Shown: one piece after another, positions 1 through 12,700 of the stretch | Position numbering within the stretch: position 1 is the first letter of the stretch | Layout of the letters: each line of letters starts with the position of its first letter | From: Trichoplax adhaerens | Taxonomy: Eukaryota; Animalia; Placozoa | Direction: 5' to 3' | DNA: 64,000 nucleotides | NCBI RefSeq assembly: GCF_000150275.1 | Contig: NW_002060946.1 | Location: forward strand, 4,049,454-4,113,453 | Notes under the pieces: model-generated | The model's input: the letters and a program-made list of their open reading frames with translations, nothing else | What the model was told of the DNA's origin: nothing | Database searches by the model: none | Translations under genes and position numbers: made by a program

Positions 1-110
1 TAAAATGACGTACGAGTGAATTTATTCTGATATTTTTAGACATCATAAAAATATATACTGTTTTTATACACGACTTTAAACATGGAACTTGACCTATATT
101 ATATATCTAG

Positions 111-3100
111 GACAATCCAGTACACTTGGATAAAGTTTTAACAGCCCAAGCTGATCATTTCTTCGATAATAAAGAGTAAATTCGACTAAATCATTTATGC
201 GCAAATTTATTGACATGTCATTTATGAAGACTTTAAAATCTCACTCTTGATTTTAGGTACCAGTCAGCGGCATTATTTTATGCCCAGTCACAAAAATCAT
301 TTGAGCAAGTAGCTCTGAAATTTTTAGAGCTTAATAGACGTGATGCATTAAAAGTATTTTTAATTCAAAAATTTAATTGTCTAAAGGCTCAGGTTTGTAC
401 GGAGATTTTTTATTTCTATCTAAAAGTTATTATGAAATTAAAGATATATAATAGTACTTACCCATACGTCCGTATCCTACTTTAGGATAAAACACAAATG
501 TCAATGTTACTAACTTGGTTAACAGAACTGTATTTAAATGATATTGGGAAACTGAAAGATGATGATAAGACTGAATTATGTGAAGTAATGCAAGCAGAAT
601 TTAGGGACTTTCTTCAACAGCAACGAGTAACTGTAAGTACTAAATAGTATATGAAATTTACTTTTCCATATTTATTAGGTAGCTACATCATACTATTAAA
701 CTCTATATAGCTTATTCTGGCCGTTTTATTTGAACACTTTATAATATGACTATACTTATATTAATTTATAAATAAAGAATTGCTTAAATGACAATCCGAC
801 CCTGTGCGCTACTCTAAGTGACCTTATTTCCAGTCATGGCGATACCGATAACATGATTTTTTTTGCCAAACTAATGAATGGTAATACTAATAATATACAA
901 TAGACCGATTTATATAACAGATTAAATGTACTATTACAATAAAATATTTAATTTTATATATTTACCATTGTTGAAATAGATCATGAAAAGGTCATAACGT
1001 ACTATATTCAGAGAGATCGGTTTAAAGAGGCACTCAATGCTCTATCGAATCAGGTACATTTCTTTGCATAACTAATAGGTACACTTATAGAACTTTTATG
1101 TTTAATCACATAACTAATGATAGTATATTTATTTCAGCGGAATCCTGAATTATACTATAAGTTTTCAGCAGATTTAATTCCTCACATACCAAAAGATGTT
1201 ATTTCTACCTGGATCTTGCTGGAGGGTAATCTTGACGCCAAAAAACTCATTCCTTCACTTATTCATTACGGTCAACACTCACCTCAGGTATTGGTTATAG
1301 TCTATTAGTCGTCTGTGGATCAATATCTGACTTTATCTATCCTTGATTTCTAGGCATCTGAGGCTATTCGATACCTGGAATTCTGTATACGTGATCTTCG
1401 CAACAATGACCAAGCAATTCATGATTACTTGATATCTTTATATGCTAAGAATAAAGATGAATCAAAGTTAGAAACATATTTACAAGTACAAGGAAGAGTA
1501 AGCAAGATTTTCTAAATTACTAGTTTAAATATCAGGCAATACGAAGGCGTGGTTCTGACAGCTACAAACTTCTATTATTTCGATACTAAAATAATAGGCT
1601 GTGAGTTATGATCCTAATTATGCTTTGAGACTTTGCGCTGAATACCGTTGTCATCGATCGTGTGTCTACATATATGCTGCGATGGGCTTATTTGACGAAG
1701 CAGTTGAGTTGGCCTTAAAGGAGGTAATATATAACTTCTATAATAGGAAATATTGACTTGAAATGATATAGAGATGTTAAGATGGGATTATTGTATGTGC
1801 CATAATAGGTTTCAGTAGATCTTGCAAAAAATAATGCTCAAATCCCAGAGGATGATGAAGAATTAAAAAGGAGGCTCTGGCTCCTAATTGCTCGTCATGT
1901 CATTGAAGAGAAAAATGATATTAAGCAGTAAGTAGATGTACTGGATAACAGATGAATGCCAATGATTTAATGCACGATATTCCTTATTTATAAAATGACA
2001 ATAATTTGATCAGCAACACATACCTACATATATTTGCCTAAACATTAAAAATTTTTTATTACCGGACTCTAGAGCCATGGACTTTTTGAAAGACTGCGAC
2101 CTTTTAAAAATTGAAGATATTTTGCCTTTTTTCCCGGATTTTGTAACTATCGATCATTTTAAGGTAACAGCATTTGGATTACCTTCGGCTAGAGAAAATC
2201 TCATTTATCCACAATGAAGGCTTAAACTGCTAATGATCTTCATGTAGGACGCTATTTGTTCATCACTACAAGAATATAATAAGCATATCGAATCACTAAG
2301 ACAAGAAATGCAGGAAGCAACGGAAAGCGCTAAATCTCTTCGGGAAGATATTCAGGCAATGAAAAATAGGTACAGTATCGATCTTAACTTTTTTGAAACT
2401 ATTTACCGTAATAGTACCAATATGCTAATTGGCATTTTCTAATTTAAAGCCTATTAATTAATGATAACTTTATCTATATAATTTTAGTTATAGAATTATT
2501 TCTGTTCAAGAAACCTGTACCATTTGCTCATTTAATATCATGAGCAGAGCCTTTTACTTATTTCCTTGTGGTCATATGTTTCATACCGATTGTTTAATAG
2601 CTGAGGTACTTAAATAATTCAAATCTAGCCAAAATAATTTGAAACATTTTAACAAGCTATCTTTTCTTATTTTTTTAAATGAATTAAATTCTAGGTTGAA
2701 CCTCATCTCAATGATAGGCAGAGGTAAGATTGTTGTTTACTTAAGTATATTATTAAAGTAAAATCTAGCTGAATTAAAATTCCACTTATAGAATACAAAA
2801 GTATTACTTAATCATACTATAAAATTGCTTACTTTCTAGATCAAGGTTGAGGGAACTTCAAAAAAAGCTAGGTACATCATATACGACTGAACTTCAAGCT
2901 GCTGAAAGCACTTTAAGAGATTCTTGCAAGGTTTGAGTTTTAGCCTCTGATCTTTTATTATTTTATGGTTGTGATTATGGTGCGAGTGTTTACCACAGAA
3001 TTATATATCATTCTTGACTTTAGGATGAACTAGACGAATTGGTTGCCAGTGAATGTCTATACTGTGGAGAACTTATGATAAGGTATAATTACTTAGCGCT

Positions 3101-3225
3101 ACTATTTGTATTATAAAAATGCTATGTAAACGTTATTGATTATTAACCTTTACATTGATAGCCTTATTGATCAACCTTTCATTTCTCCGGATCAATTTGA
3201 TGCCATTAAAGAGAGCTGGCGATAA
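111..3225 (+). CDS. VPS18: Vacuolar protein sorting 18 (HOPS/CORVET subunit), 5'-truncated, many short exons
   Basis: Spliced exons give DKVLTAQADHFF, YAQSQKSFEQVALKF, TWLTELYLNDIG, RNPELYYKFS, KRRLWLLIARHVI, LLKIEDILPFFPDFVTIDHFK and a C-terminal RING-H2 (CTIC...FYLFPCGHMFHTDC...ECLYCGELMI); stop TAA 3223-3225. The gene starts upstream of the window. Confidence 0.95.
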
Positions 3226-4089
3226 GATATTATGCGTGTCAAAACTATTAGAATATATGTATTAAGTACGATGCTAAATCTATCTGTAAGATTGATTACC
3301 TAAAAAATGTTTATATGCTAATAACTAGAGGCGATCGAATTTATATGCTTGCTCAATTCTGTATTATTATTAAACCTTCTATTGTCCAAGAAACTTGAAA
3401 GATGATGTATAATGAAATGTATACTGGTTAAGTTGATGGTCGTATTCCTCTGCACTAACCAAGATATATTACTTGATAGAACGATGATTGTAGTGCATTA
3501 GGGTAATTTATTTCTGAAATGTTTTCACCACAATATTGATGTTATAGTCCTTATTTTGAAAAGATAATATCTACTGAAACACACTTATAATCCTTATTTT
3601 CACCATGACACAATTTTTTAATATAAAAATTTATATTTTTTATGGCTTTTATTGAGTCTCTGATTAGATCAAGTTATAGTAATTGGATAGCGCTTATCAC
3701 TTGACCCTACGTAAATTGTGAAAGTTAACGATATTGGCTATTTCTGCACTTGTAGCTGATTAATGGAGCATTGCGACAACAGTCTTTACATCGTAAACAC
3801 TGTAGATTGTACCAGGGACTTTTAAGCCCTGATTATACTATCTTACTTAAAGTTCAATTGGAAGATTTACAGAAAGTGATTCCACCTTCTTACCATGCGA
3901 TGAGTTTAACAATTTTAAATATTTACAACATAGCATAAATTAATTGGTTATTTCCGTTGTTCTAGTAAAGTTCTTTCTAGTAGTGCTAAAGGGGAAATCA
4001 AACTTTTCGATGTTGCCATTCCTGCACTTCTGCCATTAATAATACTGTATTTCATTCTTTAAATATAGAGATATTAGAAATTTTATATC

Positions 4090-4560
4090 ATCAATGGATA
4101 GCTGACATTTGCAACATTATGGGAAGTATCTAAAATTGAAGATTCTATTGTGATTTGTTGTACTACAGTACTATACTATGGGTAGCTAATATTAAGGCAG
4201 CATGGATGACTGCAGGCTGTAATACAGTCTTACTACTAACTGTAAAACACTCACTTCGTAATTTATGAAATTGTATATCGTTAATGGGTAGCTGATGTTA
4301 AAATAGTATGGAAAATATGTAAAATTGTAGATTCTAGACTGGCCTGCTGTAGTACTATACAGTACTGTGGGCAGCTGATATTAGTACGGCATGGAAAGGG
4401 CAATATACGATCCGTTGTCAGGTCCTCCGTGCCATGGATTACCATACAAGCTGTAAAGCAATTTTATGACTCACTGTAAAGACAATCACTTTATAATCCA
4501 TACCATTTTATATCGTCAATGGGTAGCTGATTTTAAAATAGTATAGAAAGTATCTATTTC
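4090..4560. repeat. Degenerate tandem repeat related to the adjacent minisatellite
   Basis: Recurring (aat)gggtagctga/a...atagtatggaaa motifs near 4095, 4180, 4285, 4368 and 4520. Confidence 0.55.
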
Positions 4561-4744
4561 TGAAGATTATAGTCTGATATTAATCCAGTATGTAAAGGAT
4601 AGTACGGTATATATATGTTATACACTGCTAACTGTAAAGAGAATTGCTTGGTAATTCATTGCTGGTTGTACTATGCGTCGCGATAAAGTGATGATTCTAT
4701 CGATGCTAATCACACAGTATTCATATCCAATCTTCTTATTCTCA

Positions 4745-6088
4745 TTTTACAATAAAGAGGGTAGCTAATGAAGGCATCGAAATACAGTATAATAGAAAGG
4801 CTATCGTCTGATCTACTGTAGCATGGATAAAACTTCGGAATCTTCAAAATGATGCATATCATGATGCTAATAACAAAGTATCCATATCTCCTAAAATTCC
4901 AATTTTATCATAAAGAGGGTAGCTAATGAAAGTATAGAAATACAGCATTGTAGGAAGGCTATTGTCTGATCTGCTGTAGCATGGATAAGATCTAGGAATC
5001 TTAATGATGCTAACAACAAAGATATATATCTCCTTAAATTCCAATTTTACAGTCAAGAGGGTAGCTCATGAAGGCATCGAAATATAGTATAGTAGAAAGG
5101 CTATTGTCAGATTTGCTGTAGCATGGATAAGACTTCGGAATTTTCAAAATGATGCATATCATGATGCTAACAACAAAGTATCCATATCTCCTAAAATTCC
5201 AATTTTATAATAAAGAGGATAGCTAACGAAAGCATTGAAATACAGTATAGTAGAAAGGCCATTGTCTGATCTGCTGTAGCATGGATAAGATCTAGGAATC
5301 TTAATCATGCTAACAACAAAGTATCCATATCTCCTTAAGTTAAATTCCAATTTTACAATAAAGAGGGTAGCTTATGAAAGCCTAGAAATACAGTCTAGTA
5401 GAAAGGCTATTCGTCTGATCTGCTGTAGCATGGATAAGATTTAGGAATCTTAATGATGCTAACAACAAAATATCCAAATCTCCTATAGAAATACAGTATA
5501 GTAGAAAGGCCATTGTCTGATCTGCTGTAGCATGGATAAGATCTAGAAATGTTAATCATGCTAACATCAAAGTGTTCCTATCTCCTTAAGTTAAATTCCA
5601 ATTTTACAATAAAGAGGGTAGCTAATAAAAGCATAGAAATGCAGTCTAGTAGAAAGGCTATTCGTCTGATCTACTGTAGCATGGATAAGATTTAGGAATC
5701 TTAATGATGCTAACAACAAAGTATCCAAATCTCCTATAGAAATACAGTATAGTAGAAAGGCCATTGTCTGATCTGCTGTAGCATGGATAAGATCTAGAAA
5801 TGTTAATCATGCTAACAACAAAGTATTCCTATCTCCTTAAGTTAAATTCCAATTTTTACAATAAAGAGGGTAGCTCATGAAAGCCTAGAAATACAGTCTA
5901 GTAGAAAGGCTATTCATCTGATCTGCTGTAGCATGGATAAGATTTAGGAATCTTAATGATGCTAACAACAAAGTATTCACATCTCCTATAGAAATACAGT
6001 ACAGTAGAAAGGCCATTGTCTGATCTGCTGTAGCATGGATAAGATCTAGAAATGTTAATCATGCTAACAACAAAGTATTCCTATCTCC
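4745..6088. repeat. Minisatellite array, ~10 units of ~103-158 bp with higher-order dimer structure
   Basis: Core ctgatctgctgtagcatggataaga recurs at about 4808, 4966, 5108, 5266, 5415, 5517, 5666, 5768, 5918 and 6020. Confidence 0.95.
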
Positions 6089-6787
6089 CTCTTGAAATCT
6101 CCTAGTCAATAGTTTGTTGGCCTTCAAATTTTAGAGAATCAATGACTAGCTAATATTAATTAAGGCAGTGTGGAAAGTATTGAAAATTGGAAGGCCTTGT
6201 TTGGTCTGCCATACGTAGTTTTGCTTTAGACATGTTGGAAGCTAGTATCAATGGAACACATGGCCCAATGGTCTGCGGTCGTTGACTGACTATCGAGGTA
6301 CTGAAACGAGTGTCTGGTCTACATACAGTAGCAGTACTTTCAATTTAGCGAAGAAGAGGAATGCGATTTGCGCTGTTAACCAGTAGTGAAAGTAGGATGA
6401 TCGGACATACTTATACGATAGCCTACGATCACTGGTAATGAATGGACACTAAAGCCACATTATAGCCTAGACCAACAGGAAATGAAACGGAACGGAACCT
6501 TTTGTGCTTTTGTTGACGTCTTCCTCTACTGTAGACTATAGTAAGTATGCAACAGACCAATTGGTAGAGGCTCCATTATGACCATTGGCCACGGCATCGG
6601 GCGTCGCTATGACGCTAGCACTGATGAAGTGGAGGCCAATACGCTTGCGCAACTCTTTTCCCTAAGTGTAGAAGGCATCTAAAAGCATTTCTTGGTTGCC
6701 ATCTTTGTCGCAGTAAAATCCAGTTGGCAATCTTTCATTTATCGACTCCATCGGCTCCAAAAGAGCCACAGCAAGCGAACTATTAAT

Positions 6788-9700
6788 ATGAATACATTGT
6801 GGACTAAACTAATACTTGTCGTTTTACTCTTGGCACCTTTCACATGTTTGCATAATAGCAACGGTAAGTGGATGATTAAAATGAATGGTAAAGGATTAGA
6901 GAAAAAAAAAAAGACGATTGTTAAAGGATCCATGAATGAAAAAAAATTTGCACTTAGTACAGCTTTCATGAAAGGAATTGGATGGCTTGGTATATTTTTA
7001 AAAGTTTGACTAGTTTGCTTAGCCAAAAAATTTCTGAAAATTGCTTGAAGGGTAATGCACGATGATGCCTTTTTGGCATTTGGGCTGAGTTGCCTTCTTG
7101 TTACGATTGCTATATTGCAAAGTGAGTGATTAGCTGAAGGAGTTTTTTCTTCTTTTGATCACAACTTTCTTTTCACTTTAAAATTGGCTCGTCAAGAAGA
7201 AGGTCTGCTATGACTATGCAATACAGTATTGTACTGTTATCTGAGGCATGATGACCACTTGAAAGCGAAGAAGAAAGCTTGTAGTATACTGTAAATAGAG
7301 ATAGAGTCTTCAGCACAAACGATAATCAATGCTCATCATAGTTCAATAGGAATGGTACCGGATGAATTAAATACTACTTTTGTGATATTAATATTATTCA
7401 ATTTTTATTTTTCTCATCCGATAAATCAATCATTTGGTGGATTACCATAAGGTGTCAACGTAGCTTATGCTCAAGAAGACAGCGATGATGATGCAACTAA
7501 AAGTGAAGGTGTTGTCGATGATGAAAGCGATGTAGAGGTAAGCATATCTAGTCGTCACCAAACGATTAAAAAAATAGCCACTTCACTCATTTACTCATGT
7601 ACTACTCCTATTCTCTACCACTGTCTACATACAAACACCAACGTAATATCAATTGGCTTTGCTGTATCTTTTTATGGTATCAGCTTGCAATGGACAAGAT
7701 CAATTTATCGATACTGTTGTAACTTTATAACCATTCTATTGTACTCTACTTTAATGGATGCCTTATTAGTTAGCTTCCTTGGCGATACAAGAATCGCTCA
7801 TCAATCCTTTATACACACTTGGTACTAATGTTTTGTGATTGAGTACAGCAACGTAGTGATTTCTACAGTCAATATAAAACTGACAGACCCATTTACTTAA
7901 TAAATTAGAAATGTGTAGTAGTCAAGAATCGCATTCAAAATTCGTTCGGTCTTTCTCATCCAATACTGTATATGTATAGTGTACACTGTACTGACTATCC
8001 TGTTAAGTTCCGGTTGTAAATTTGAAATTAGAAAAATTTCTCAAGACCTTTTCGTCATCCTTTAGGTTGAAGACGATAAAAGTGGACAAAGATCAGCGGA
8101 TTCGGCACAAGGTGGAAACGAGGTATAGCATTACCTTTATTATATTTATCTGTACGACTATGTCGGCGTAATTAGCGGATACATGCTTGTTGAAAAATTG
8201 CCTTACCAAGTATTCTATCCCAAACGTTACAGTATTCATGTAGTGGCAATATGTAATCGTTTCAATTGTTACTAGTCTTTTATATTGTTATATACTATAC
8301 GTAATTTAGTTGAATCGCCTAGCAGTCCTCATAGAATGAGTAGCATTTTTCGATCGGATTCATTTATTACTATCACTATGACAATGTTGTTCATAATAAT
8401 CAAATTATGACATCTCTTATGGGTACGGTATACTTACCCACTATATAGAAGAACTAGCTAGACGTAAACGTACAAAACGGAAACTGATATTGTGATATAA
8501 GAGCTTGAATGACAATCCAATTGTAAAGCAAATTATCCCTAACTGTAAATACTATATTTATCTGAACAGCAAGAGGAAGAGAAAGCAGAAGAAGAAGCAG
8601 CTCCGTTAATTAAATCATCAGAATTTGCTGAAACGAACATCCTTTTTACCACAAACGATGTACAAGGTATCCCTACCACTGTTTAATAAAACAGAAATAA
8701 TGACTGTGTATTAAGTTGATCAAATGATGCCTTTAACTTGAATAATGATGCAGTGATGAATACATTTCTTTAATTTCACAATTAGCTCTACCTACTGGAA
8801 CACTATCGAAATGCCTGATTGGATTTTCCAATATCGGAGAACTCGACTTCATCGTTGATTCGATCGAAGGTTCCGTTAGGTATGCCTATCCAATCGAAAC
8901 CTTTTATGTAGCTATAGTCAATAAATTTCGCACTTCCTTTTTTTATGTACCTCGCTGCAACTGAAATCAGTAGTATAGATTAAAACTATACTACCGATTA
9001 GTAATGATAGCGCTCGGTGTCTCGAGGAAGGAGAACAATTCACAATTTATCTACAGAGGATATATTAGGGCCTCTTTCTTAATGCTCTATGAACATATCT
9101 CTGCAGACTATTGTAACATTAGCCGACAAACCCATTTTAGGAAATGTTATGTCCAATTGTTAACTGTCATACGAGTATTATATCAATGGACAATCATTTA
9201 TGAAAATGAAATGATCGTATTACTACTCCATTATCAAAATGACAATGTTCTATTTCCGGTTATGTGTTACAATAGGTATCCTGCAGATTATAATTACTTC
9301 ATACAAAATGTAAGTCTAGTTACGAATACATGCTTAATCGATGCCGTTATTTTTTATTATAGCAATAATAATGTCGAAATTTTATTTATTATTACCAGTT
9401 TACCGCCCTCCACTATGGATTGCTCGTTAAACCAAGAGAATTGGTACGGTATAGCTGCAAACACTTGACAGTTGTTTATGGTACATGACAAAATGACGTA
9501 TATTTATTATTATTTTTATTAACCATCATATGTCGCACATTTCATATCATTACAGACCACATTTTATTATGCCTTTGCACCTCATGATTCTCTTGCTTCT
9601 CGCCCATTTGGATTAGTATTTACTGTCAGTTATAGAGATGCAGTAAGTCACATAGCTAATTAAATGTCTGTCTAAATTGTATTTAATCTAACTATTTGCC

Positions 9701-10618
9701 TGAATAGTACGAATCGTATAATTGAAAATCGCAATCATAATGATAGGATGGAAACACCTTCCAAACTGTTCTTTATAACGATACCGTGACTTTTGTTGAA
9801 GGAAAATCAGGAGTAGACGGTGAAATGTGAGTCTGAGTAGTTCAATACAATCTTTTAATACTCTTACTAATCCGAACACTAACGGTAAAGATATTTTTTT
9901 ATATTATTTTCATCAACTGTAAAATAGGGTCTTTATGTACGTTTTCTTGGCTGCTTGCGCTGCTTTGGTTGTTTTGTTGGTACGCCAGCTAGTCGTAGCC
10001 AGAATGGTGAGCTAAATCTCGCTTAATATATTCCTTTTCCTAGAAGGTATTAATCTCATACATTGTAACTTTAGAGTAAAAAATCTGCAAAACCTACGTT
10101 TGAAACTGGTACTCAAAATGCCGATATTGACATGGAATGGATCCCGAAAGAAAATTTAGTTATTGCCGGTGGTTAGTATTAACCTTTTAATATTCTAACG
10201 AATGTGAAGTACCTACCTATGTGGTAATGTTTACTCCTTGGAGTAGTAAAACTTTGCTATCCAGATGACGATGTAGTACAATCATTATTATTCCAGTGAA
10301 TGCTGTATAGTATAATATAGCAGCTTCCTAAAAGCGCCGCCCTATGAACACTTGTTATGAGAGTGCGGTCGTTGATGGAAGAATATTAAAATAGCATCTT
10401 ATTCGGGTGTGGTGTTGGATAATATGTTTACGTATTATGAATATAACCTCAATCAAAGATGCGAAATTCCTTTATTTAAATCTATACGGAACAAAGATTA
10501 CTATTTTGAAACTAATATTTCATAATCGTCTCCTAATATTTAATTTTCTATCACAATAGGCTCGCAATCACCAAAAAGATCGCCAAGGAATCGAAAATCT
10601 AAAGCGGAAAGTAGTTAA
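6788..10618 (+). CDS. SSR1: Translocon-associated protein alpha (signal sequence receptor 1), 12 exons
   Basis: Signal peptide MNTLWTKLILVVLLLAPF, acidic N-terminus, LIGFSNIGELDFIVDSIEGSVRYPADYNYFIQNF, RPFGL, YNDTVTFVE, TM segment FMYVFLAACAALVVLLV, ETGTQNADIDMEWIPKE, basic tail SPKRSPRNRK; stop 10616-10618. Confidence 0.95.
7055..7249 (+). ncRNA. Intronic box C/D snoRNA candidate (SSR1 intron 1); D' guide complementary to LSU rRNA CCAAAUGCC
   Basis: Box C ATGATGC 7062-7068, guide GGCATTTGG 7075-7083, D' CTGA 7085-7088, long internal hairpin (ccttcttg...caagaagaagg), C'-like ATGACTA 7210-7216, D CTGA 7241-7244, terminal stem atgc/gcat. Confidence 0.65.
7705..7870 (+). ncRNA. Intronic H/ACA RNA candidate (SSR1 intron 2)
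   Basis: Hairpin closed by tatcg/cgata with an internal pocket (ctgttg / gcttcct) 14 nt before H box ACAAGA 7787-7792; second hairpin aatcgct/agtgatt; ACA at 7865-7867. Confidence 0.45.
8933..9121 (+). ncRNA. Intronic H/ACA sno/scaRNA candidate (SSR1 intron 5)
   Basis: Long hairpin cttcctt...gaggaag with apical stem gtagtatag/ctatactac, H box AGAACA 9032-9037, second hairpin acaat...cagagg...tctctg...attgt, ACA 9116-9118 followed by 3 nt. Confidence 0.6.
10322..10469 (+). ncRNA. SNORA21: H/ACA snoRNA, SNORA21 (ACA21)/snR10-like, in the last SSR1 intron
   Basis: Hairpin 1 (cttcc/ggaag): pocket AAAAGC + GTCGTT matches LSU AGCGAC-(G)-U-N-GCUUUU. H box ATATTA 10383-10388. Hairpin 2 (gcatctt/aagatgc): pocket GGGTG + CAATC matches the LSU A-loop GAUUG-U-U-CACCC, with 14 nt to a variant box AAA at 10464-10466. 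Confidence 0.85.
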
Positions 10619-11504
10619 AATATTAACTTGAAAAATTGTTACCTGAAATTGTAACCAATCAAAAATTAATAAATTACACAAGGATTTTTATGTTCCATGT
10701 GTATTATTATTGTGAGCTGTAAATTGATATGTCTTAACGGCCAATGCATGCTTGTGTTTAGACCGTGTAATGATGAACACGGTATAAGGCATATCTGTAA
10801 TAACCCGCTTGAGAATCTTGATATCTCTTTATTTAACTACAGATTGCTTTTAGTAACTGAGTTTTACTTATGTTGTATAGACAGCTTTAAATAAGTTTCA
10901 TTGTTATGGACTAACATATAAACTTATAGCGTAATCTCTTCCTATGCGTTTATCTCGTAAAAGAATCCAATTACTATAAGTACGTCGTTTGTAGCGTTGA
11001 TACAGTAAAAATTGGGATAACGTAACGAATACGAGCAGAATACTTGTAAAATTAATTTTCCATAATTACTAGTCGATCCCTCTCTCATTAGACTTTGCAT
11101 ACTATACTCAAGCTACACTTGTACTTTTTACTTTGTAATACTACTGCCAATAAATTAAACATTGAAGACTATTACCACATCAAATCATAGATACCGTACA
11201 TCTTTACCGTAGCTTTAAAAAAGGATGCTTGTATGCAATCAGAAAATTCATCCTTTTTTTGTTTTATTAGCCAATATTGTGGCCTTGGTTGACTACACTA
11301 TATTCTACATAGATATACATATTGACTGTACATTAGAATTGTCACTATACATGGGAATGCGTAATCTTCAAGAGATATAATACATTTTATTTTTAATCCT
11401 TCGCTACCTGGAAGCAGCATCCCACGATACTCGTATTTCGTCAATTGTAGATTGATTCGAGTACACTGAGCAATATATCGTGCGTCAGTTATTTTTACGT
11501 AAAA

Positions 11505-12120
11505 TTAATCGCCATGATGAAGGTTTTTTTAAATCACTTTATTAAACTAAATGATGACGGAATTCCATGTGAAAATCAAGCAAGGAAGTTCAATATTGTA
11601 TGTTAATCATTTTTACATGCTACAATTCTCATGGTATGCGCATTTTTTACACCATCCTAGCAGTACCGTGCGTTTAGCATTAAAGTTAAATTCTTATTTG
11701 CTCTCACCATCAGAATTACTAATATGCGCTACAGTAGGATGAAAGTGTGATGATAATGATACGACCGCTACTTAATAGTCTATAGTTCTGCCTAGAGTTT
11801 ATAAGCATATGATTCGAGTATTCGCTTTACTACAAATCCCATAATAAATGATGACGTAATTTTATGTAAAAATTAACCAAATATTATTATATGTTAATCA
11901 CTTTTATATGGATATAATCCTCATGATATGTGTATTTTACGTCATCCTATATACTAAACGATGACGGAATTCCATGAGAAAATCAAGCAACGTTAAATAT
12001 TGGATGTTAATCACTTTTATGTGCTACAATCCTGTTGATATGCGTATTATTTTAAGACCCCCCTAACTAAAGAATGACGGAATTCTATGTGAAAAATCAA
12101 GCATAAAAGTTAAATATTGA
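11505..12120. repeat. Degenerate repeat, 4-5 copies of a ~110 bp unit
   Basis: aatgatgacggaattccatgtgaaaatcaagca...tgttaatcacttttat variants at about 11549, 11847, 11957 and 12070. Confidence 0.8.
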
Positions 12121-12700
12121 TGAATATGAAAGAACTCTTTGCCAAAGTAAGTAAAGTCGTTATGCGAATTGGCACAGGCTATGTCATAGGCAATACATCA
12201 ATCATGCTTTCCACGGATATACAGCTATCGTTACGATATGCCCTTGTTTGTTTACTTTTTTATGGAATCGCTACACCATAGGATTCCGCCATTCTAGCGG
12301 ATATTTGGTGAATCTCGTTATGAATAATCTTGCGACTAACTGCTAAGCTAATGATTACTAAATGTATCATCAAGTATTGTATTTTTTATCTTACATCCTA
12401 GGCCATGCCAAGGTTATTGACATTGCATCAAAGAAGAGCACGGAGCTTACTGGTTAAAGGTAAAGTATTATAACCATCAGTAAGTATTATTGGAAAATAT
12501 TGACGAATACAACTGGAAGAACGAATAACAATTTTAGCATTCTTTTATTGGCTTTTGGCGTAAATTATTAAGTATATTCTTTGAGAAGAAAAGTAAGTTC
12601 AGATTGTCGAACCTTTCTTTAGTAAATACTATTGTCTATATTATTTTCACTACCAACATCAAGACACACGGAAAAAATAGAAAGTATGCTATAAATTAAA

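Noticed and set aside
4745-6088. Repeat array as CRISPR, or ORFs 4859-5056 and 5159-5350 as genes
   Set aside because: Eukaryotic context, the sequences between cores are themselves repeated, there are no cas genes, and the ORFs are by-products of the repeat.
9004-9468. 154-aa ORF from the ORF track
   Set aside because: It runs through SSR1 introns and an H/ACA candidate; only the short YPADYNYFIQN exon is real coding sequence in this frame.
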